A DNA stretch of 64,000 nt, from NCBI GenBank assembly GCA_963664325.2, contig CAXXDQ010000003.1:512001-576000 (forward strand), given 5' to 3'. This document shows, one piece after another, positions 31,001 through 40,000 of this stretch. Within the stretch, counting starts at the first letter, position 1. Every line of letters starts with the position of its first letter. The stretch comes from Desulfomonilia bacterium. GTDB lineage: Bacteria; Desulfobacterota; Desulfomonilia; UBA1062. The notes beneath the pieces are model-generated. The model worked only from the letters and a program-made list of their open reading frames with translations. It made no database searches and had not been told where the DNA came from. The position numbers and the translations under genes are program-made.

Positions 31001-34000
31001 ATGCCAAAGAGGATCTCCCTGCCATTGAGTTTGTTGACGAAGGTTATCCGGCTATGGGCATGGAGATCAGGATAGTCGATGACGATGATGACGTTGTAAA
31101 AGAGGGAACGGTCGGCCATATACAGATAAAAGGACCGAATGTAACCAGCGGCTATTACAAAAAAGAAGAATTGAATTCGGAACTGTTCTGTGACGAATGG
31201 CTCAGGACCGGGGACCTTGGTTTTCTATTAAAAGGGAGACTTACGGTCACCGGGCGTTTCAAGGATGTCATTTTCGTTAACGGCCAGAATTACTATTCCC
31301 ATGACCTGGAAGAAGAGCTTCAGCAGTTACCGTTTGTAGGTTTTAAAAATATGGCTGTTTGCGGGGTTACGGACCATGACAAGGGATCAGAATCTATCGT
31401 TCTTTTTATTAAAACAAAGAAACCCAAGGAAAATTTGATTGAATTGCTTGAAAAGATTAATAAGCATCTCGGAGCAAAGATCAGGGTGGGAATTGAAGCC
31501 ATTGTTCCGATGCATGACATACCAAGGACAACCAGCGGCAAGGTCCAGAGATTTATTTTGAGGGAACGTTATGAAGCAGGTGACTTCAGAGACAGGGAAG
31601 TCAGAAGGCTTGATCAGCGTATATATCCTGAAAATGACCGAAAAATTGAGCATGAAATCATAAAAAAGGAAGAGGTTCACTACAAAACTAAGGATATTGA
31701 TCTAAAAGGATTATTGAGTGATATGCCTTATGCCCTTGCAGAATCCAACGTGCATCAGTTTCTGCCGCATATAGTAAAAAATCTTCCTCAGGTACTTAGG
31801 ATAGCAAGCCTGATTGCGCCAGATAGCGGAATATTGCATGTGGACGAATATGGGAATGAAAATCTCCAGACTTATTCCGAGCTGATGAATTCGGCTGAAA
31901 GAGTTTTGGGCGGACTTAGGGCTAAAGGTTATAAATCAGGTGATCAGGCTATTCTTCAGATAGAACAATCAAGGAACTTTCTATCTGCTTTCTGGGGGAT
32001 AATATTAGGGGGCATAATCCCTGTTCCCCTTCCTATTCCGGGTTCATTTCCGATCAGTGAGGGAATGGAAAGAATTACAAAAGTCTGCGAAGTTCTTGAC
32101 AGGTTCTGCATAATAACCGACCAGCCTGCACAGAATTACAGATCTCTTGGAAATGTTGATCTGCTCGAAGTTAAGGAATTGCTTGAATTTGCCCCGGACG
32201 GGAATCATCACAATCCCAAACCGGATGATATAGCCTATCTCCAGTTTTCTTCCGGCTCGACAGGAGACCCCAAGGGTGTAATGCTTTCCCATTTCAATCT
32301 GGTTTATACGATTGATGCATCGGCTAAATGTGTTTTTGATGTCAGGGGGAATGATATAAGGCCGACACTTGGCTATGGTATTCATATCCTGAAGCACAAG
32401 CTGTCAATGAATGACAGGCTCGGCAGCATAGCAAAGTTTATATCTTGGGTATCCAAAGGATCTCTTGGTAAAAATATACGCTCCTCAAAAATTGGGAACG
32501 ACATTTTAGATACACTGCTAATTTTCAGCGGAAACAAAATATCCGCTTACACTGATATGCGTTTTAACGAGATAAAGATCGTAAACTGGATGCCATATTC
32601 CCATGACATGGGGCTTATCGGTTTCCATCTGGCGCCGACAATGGGCGGAATGGATCAGGTGAAACTCGAACCAAAGACATTTGTGCACAGTCCGGCGCTT
32701 TTCCTGAAGCTTATTGACAAATACAGGGCGACTCATGTTCCTTGTCCAAATTTTGCAGTTCAGTGGCTGACAACGCAGGTCAATGAAGATGATATAAAGG
32801 GTATTGATCTGTCGTGCATAAAGTGTCTTGGAAATGGTTCGGAACCTATATCACCATCGGTTTCAAGGAATTTCATACAAAAGTATGAAAAATTCGGATT
32901 TGATGAAAGGGCCATGTTCATGAGCTATGGAATGGCCGAGGCGTCACTTCAGGTTACTGCTCCTCCAGTATTTACAAAACCTGTGTTTCACAAGGTGCAC
33001 AAGGATGTTTTTATAAAAGACCAGATAATACTTCCTGTTTCATCAGATGAAGACAGCATTGAAATAACGGATCTTGGCGCTCCTGTTGCCGGTATGAAGA
33101 TAAGGATTGTTGATGACAATGATAATCTTGTCCATGAAAACACGGTAGGTCACATACAGTTGCAGGGATCCAATGTAGTCAGTGGTTATTATAAGAATGA
33201 TGCTGCAAATAAGGATCTGTTCTGTGGACCATGGCTACGTACCGGTGATATGGGATTTATGAAAAACGGCCGTATCACGTTAACGGGAAGACGCAAGGAT
33301 ATTATCTTTGTTAACGGCCAGAACCTTTATGCCCATGATATAGAAGAACAGGTAAGGCGTGTTCCCGGTATGGCATTCCGGGAATTTGCAATAACAGGAC
33401 TTAGGCATTTGGACAGCGACAGCGAGAAAGTTATTCTTTTCATAAACACTACCGAGTCAATAACATCACTTTCGTCTCTTTTATCAAGACTTAATGAAAA
33501 CCTTGTATCATCCATAGGAATCAAGATTGATTTTATCGTCCCGGTCCATGAGATACCCAGGACACCGAGTGCGAAGGTCAAGCGCTACAGTCTCAGGGAT
33601 AAGTTTGAAAAGGGCATGTATGAAACCGTTATTTCGTTAAATGATATAGTCGGGCATCTATCAGCTTCAAAGGATGAAAAGGGATTTGAACTTACTGGGG
33701 TCGAACATCGCATTATTGAAATCTGGAGGGACGTCCTCGGGGTAGATTCAATATCCAAGATTGACAACTTTTTCGACCTCGGCGGCAATTCACTTCGAGC
33801 AACAAAAGTTACATCGAGAATACGTGAGGAATTCGGCATTGAGTTGGGACTGAAGGCCGTCTTTGAAAGCCAGACGGTTGAAGCTCTGGCTAAAGTTGTT
33901 GAATCCTTGACACGAAAGGAACCGGAAGACTTTTCAAAAATCAAACCCCTTGAAAAGGCCCAGAATTATGAACTGTCCCATGCCCAAAAAAGGTTATGGC

Positions 34001-37000
34001 TACTTGATAAAGTGGTTCCAGACAGTCCGTTTTACAACATCCCAGGAGCAGTCCTTATTGACGGAATTGAACTCGATCTTGCTCTCCTTGAGAAATCTCT
34101 TCAGGCTGTTACTGACAGACACGAGACACTGAGAACGGTTTTCAGGACCATAAATGATGAGCCTGTGCAGGTCGTAAATGAGTCATACAAGATTGAAATG
34201 CCGATATATGACCTGACGCACGAAGTCGATAAGCATGAAAAGCTTCAGGCAATAATATCTGAAGAAAAGATCAGGCCGTTTGACTTGGAATCCGGCCCGC
34301 TGTTCAGGACTATGATCATAAAACTGTCAGCTACAAGTAATGTGTTCATGACAGTAATGCACCATATTATCTCTGACGGCTGGTCCATGGCCCTTCTTGT
34401 TCAGGAGGTTATAGGAAATTATTTGGGATTCAGTTCGAAGAATTCATCACCTTATCCTGAATTAGCTATACAATACAGAGATTTTGCATTCTGGCAGAAT
34501 CGCCTGCTTGAAGGAGATGGCATAAAAGAACAGGAAAAATACTGGCTTGAAAATCTATCTGGAGCTTTGCCCGTATTGAATTTGCCCACCGACAGACCCA
34601 GGCCAACCATTCAGACACAGAGAGCTGGCACTGCAAGAATCAAGATTGACCAGAAAACACTGAAGGGCATCAAGGAACTAGCAAGGAAAGAAGATGTAAC
34701 AATGTTCATGATGACACTGGCCCTTTTCGATGTGATGCTTTCAAAGCTTTCTGGGCAGGAAGATATCATAATAGGCTCCCCGATCGCCGGCCGGAACAAT
34801 ACTCAAATTGAACCGTTAATAGGATTCTTTGTAAATGTCCTGCCTATGAGGATTAACCTTTCCGGAAACCCGAATCTTTCAGAACTTCTGAGGCGTGTAA
34901 AGGAAATGTCAATAGGCGCCTACGCGAACCAGGAATATCCTTTTGACAGGCTTGTTGAGGTTATTAATCCGGTGAGGGATCTAAGCAGGACTCCTATTTT
35001 CGACATTACTTTTGAATATCGTGAGGCATCGGCGAATCCTTTTGCAGGAATATCCGGGATATCAATAAAGGATGTCACCGGAGACGATCCGAATTCCAGA
35101 TTTGACATGAGTGTTACGGGTTATGAGGAAGCTGACGGAATAACCATGCGCTTCGAATATAATGCCGACCTATATGAAAGATCGACTATTGAGCGTTTCA
35201 TGGATTATTATAAGAATATAATCAATGATGTTATTAAAAATCCCCAAAAGACAATTTCTGAAATAGCAATACTTGGAGAGATTGAAAAGAAAAGGGTTCT
35301 TCTGGATTTCAACAATACTTCAAAAGAGTATCCTGAAGCTAAGTGTATTCATAGTATAATTTCAGAGAGAGCAAATGAATTCAAAGACAAGGTTGCATTA
35401 ATTAGCAGAGATCGTGAAATCAGCTATTCCGAGATGGAGAGATTATCAGGGAACCTGGCTGTTTATCTAATGTCACATGGAATAGGCAAAGGCGATACGG
35501 TATGTATCCTTTCTGAAAGGTGTCCAGAACTTATCATGGCAGAGATAGGAATATGGAAAACCGGTGCTATGTTCGTTCCGGTTGATCCTGATTATCCTAC
35601 TGAGCGTATCCGATACATGATTGAAGATTCAGGAGCGAAGATGTTCCTGACAACATCTGAGATGCTGCAGTATGCACCGAAAGGTGAAATTGAACTTGCA
35701 TTAATTAATACAGATTCAAAGGTCTGGGAATCAGATAGTATAATGGACAAATATAATCAAGACCCTGATTCCATAGCTTATGTAATTTACACATCGGGAT
35801 CTACAGGAAGACCCAAGGGGGTCAAGATACGACACAGAAATTTGGCAAATTTTATACACCTTAATCTTGATTTATATGGTATCAATTATCAGGATAGATC
35901 GTCAAACTTGGCAGGTGTTGCTTTTGATGCATCTGCGTGGGAGATATGGCCATATCTGTGTGCAGGTGCGATAATTGTATGCCTTGACAAGAATCTTGGC
36001 AAGATGATGCCAGAGGATCTTGCTGAATGGTTCTCAAAATACAATATAACACGTTCATTTATACCAACAAAATTTGCTGAAATATTTGTCAGTGAACATT
36101 TCGAAGGGTTGACTTTAAAAACACTATTTACAGGTGGTGACAGGTTAAGCTTTGTTCACTCTGGTGGCAGCTACGAGTTGATTAACGCATACGGTCCTAC
36201 TGAAACAACAGTTATTGCATCGGCCTGTGATGTAACTCACTGGGACAACACCAGAGGCGTACCTCCAATTGGAAAACCTTTGCCGAATATAAAAATATAC
36301 ATTCTTGACAAATATTTGAATCCAGTTCCCGTAGGTGTTACTGGCCAAATTTACATTGGTGGTGCTGGGGTAGGTGCAGGATATGTTAATGACCCCGAGA
36401 AGACGAAGCAGGTATTCATACCAGACCCATTTACAGAAGGAGCAGAGCTAATCTATGCAACCGGTGACTTGGCGCGATGGCTCCCGGATGGCAATATAGA
36501 TTTTATAGGAAGAAACGATTTTCAGGTAGAAATAAGAGGGTATAGAGTTGAACTTGGAGAGATTGAAACTGTTTTATCTTCCTATACAGGAATAAAAGAA
36601 TGTGTTGTTATAGATAAAAAGGATGATGAAGGACAAATCAGACTTGTAGGTTTCTATGTTTCTGATTTTGTCCTCAATGAAAATGAAATCAAGGATTATC
36701 TTCGTGAACACCTGCCACCTTACTTGATACCTTCAAGAATTATCTATCTCGAAGCATTTCCTCTTACTTCTAACGGAAAGTTAGACAGGACGGCTCTGTC
36801 GTCAATGATTGACGTGACTGTCGATGCTCTTAGGGAGTTTATTGAACCGTCTACACAAACAGAGAAGGAACTTGAAGCATTCTGGAGGGTGTCCCTCGGA
36901 GTAGAAAAAATAAGTGTTAATGATAATTTCTTTGATATAGGAGGAAATTCATTAAGGGCGACGAGGATAGTTTCCTGGGCAAGAGAAAAATATCGTATCG

Positions 37001-40000
37001 AACTGCCGCTAAAAGCCATATTTGAAAACCAGACCCTTGGTCAGCTGGCTTCAGAAATTGATAACATTAAATCGTTTGGATTAAAGTCCGTACTGCCGGC
37101 AATTGAAAATATTATTCCGGCTGAATATTATGAAGTCTCACATGCTCAGAAAAGACTTTGGTATATAGACAAGATTGTTCCGAACAGCCCATTCTATAAT
37201 ATTCCAGGCGCCGTATTGATTGAAAATACACCTATTGACTTGGAATTATTAAAAGAGGCGTTTCAGGCTGTTGTAGATCGGCATGAAAGCTTAAGGACAA
37301 CAATTGTAACGATAAATGAAAAACCGTTCCAGAAGATATCAGATAAGATGGATCTCGATATCGAAATCTTCGATTATCGTAACAGCAATGAAAAAGATGT
37401 TAAGCTTCGTGAATTGATTGAAAAAGAAAAAACTAAGCCATTCAGCATCGAAAATGGTCCATTGCTAAGGATAAGCGTGGTGAGGCTTACGGAATTGTCC
37501 AATGCGCTGATACTCAATATGCACCATATAATTTCTGATGGATGGTCCATGGGTATTCTGGTCAGAGAGGCTTTTGCGAATTACATAGCATTAGCCCAGG
37601 GAAAATCATCTCCTTTTGAAGAACTTAAAATTCAGTATAAGGACTTTGCTGACTGGCAGAACAAACTTCTTGAAGGTGAAGAGATTAAAGAACAGGAGAA
37701 ATTCTGGGTCGATAAGTTGTCCGGTGAACTTCCTGTCCTTAACATGCCTACAGACAGGGTTAGGCCTGCCGTGCAGACGCAAAACGGTGCAGTAAAACGC
37801 TGCAATCTTTCCCTGGATGAATCTGTTATGCTCAGGAATTCTGCAAAAGATCTAAATATAACGCCATTTATGCTCACACTCTCAATGTTCTTGGTATTCT
37901 TGAACAGAATTACAGCGCAAGAGGATATTATTGTTGGAACACCTGTTGCAAACAGGAATAATGCACAAATAGAACCGCTCATAGGATTTTTTGTAAACAT
38001 GCTTCCCATTCGTGTTGATATTTCAGGTAACCCTTCATTTAGTGAGTTTGCAAAGATTGTAAAACAGACATGCATTATGGCCTATGCGCATCAGGACTAT
38101 CCTTTTGATAAGCTTGTTGAAGCGATAAATCCAGCAAGAGACCTCAGCAGGAATCCTATATTTGATGTTGCTTTCGATTTTCACGAAATATCGGCAAATC
38201 CTATTGCGAGTGTAAATCTTGGAGGTATGAAGTTAAAGGATATAACCGGAGATGATACAACTTCAAAGTTCGACTTTTTAGTGACTGGATATGAATCGGA
38301 TGAAGGTGTAACATTTACTTTTGGTTACAATACAGATCTTTTCAATGACAATACTGTTGAACGCTTGATAACATATTTTAAGAATCTTCTAGAAGACGTC
38401 ATTGTCAGTCCGAACAAGAAATTATCTGAGTTCTCTTTAATTGATGATCATGAAACAAATCGGATACTTTATGGGTTTAATGATACCGTCAGAGAATATG
38501 ACAAAGAAAAACCTGTTCACGTTCTATTTGAAGAAATTGCCAAACGATTCCCTGACAAAGAAGCTCTTGTGTTTGAAAACAAAAGCATGAGTTACAGGGA
38601 TCTCAATGAACGTTCCAATCGAATCGCAAAATATCTCAGAGATAACGGAGTGGAAAAGGGCACATGCGTGGCAGTAATGGTAAAGCGCTCTTTCGATATG
38701 CTAGTAGCTGTTCTGGGCATACTGAAAGCGGGTGGAGCCTATGTCCCGATCGAATCGGAATATCCTATGGAAAGAATCCAGTATATGTTGACTGACATTA
38801 AGACCCCTGTTGTTGTTGTCAATGAATCATTGATTGGAAGCCTTAAAGGATATGAAGGCCATGTGCTTTGTCTTGAAAGATTCTGGGATGATTTTACATC
38901 AGAAGGAAACTCGGATCTTCCCAATGTTAATACTTGCGATGACCTTGCGTACATAATCTATACCTCGGGTTCAGCGGGAACTCCTAAAGGTGTCATGGTA
39001 CCTCATGTCGGAATTACGCGCCTTGTCAAGAATACGAATTATGCCGAGATCACTGATGCTGACAGATTCCTGCAGGTCGCAACCATTGCATTTGATGCCG
39101 CTACAATGGAGTTCTGGGGTCCTCTTTTGAATGGAGGAACACTTTTCCTCGTCTCCAGTGAAGATTCGGTGAATCCAGACCGGATTGGCGAATTAATTAT
39201 AAAACATGATATTTCCATTCTTTTTATTACTACGGTCATGTTTAATCAACTTGTAGATATAAGGCCAGATGCGCTTGCCAATCTGAAGAGTCTTCTAACA
39301 GGTGGAGAGATGCAGTCTATTACACACATGAGGAAGGCATTCAGCCAGGTTCGTCCCGGAGTTCTTACACATGTTTACGGACCGACTGAAAACACTACTT
39401 ATTCAACTTATTACAAAGTTACGGCAATACCGGAAGACATAACCGGTGTACCTATTGGCTATCCTCTGGCTAATTCAACTGCATATATACTAGACAAGTA
39501 CCATAATCCGGTCCCGATCGGCATTCCGGGTGAGATATATGTAGGAGGTCTTGGACTGGCTAAGGGGTATCTCAATGACCCTGAAAAAACTTCGGGTGTT
39601 TTTATCCCCAACCCCCTTGCCGGAGTGTCTGAAAATATCCTTTATAAAACAGGCGATATCGGTAAATGGCTTCCGGACGGTGCTATTGAAATAATGGGAC
39701 GCATCGATCAACAGGTGAAAATCAGAGGTCACAGAATTGAACTTGGGGAAATTGAAACCACAATAAGGAAGCATGAACTGGTCAGGGACACAATAGTTGT
39801 AGTTAAAGACATGGGCTTGAACAGCAAGATGCTTCTCGCCTATTATGCAAGTGACAAGGAAATACCGACAGATGTTTTCAGGACCTTCTTGCGGGAGAGT
39901 CTTCCGGATTATATGGTGCCGAACATATTCATCAGACTGGATTCCCTTCCTCTTAAGAAAAGCGGCAAAGTGGATAAAGCTGCCTTGCCTGAGCCCAAGG

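Noticed and set aside
28062-31623. FAAL duplication as an assembly artefact
   Set aside because: The copies differ by many synonymous and non-synonymous changes and by a clearly diverged patch, and the frame stays open across a unique linker. A false duplication would be essentially identical.
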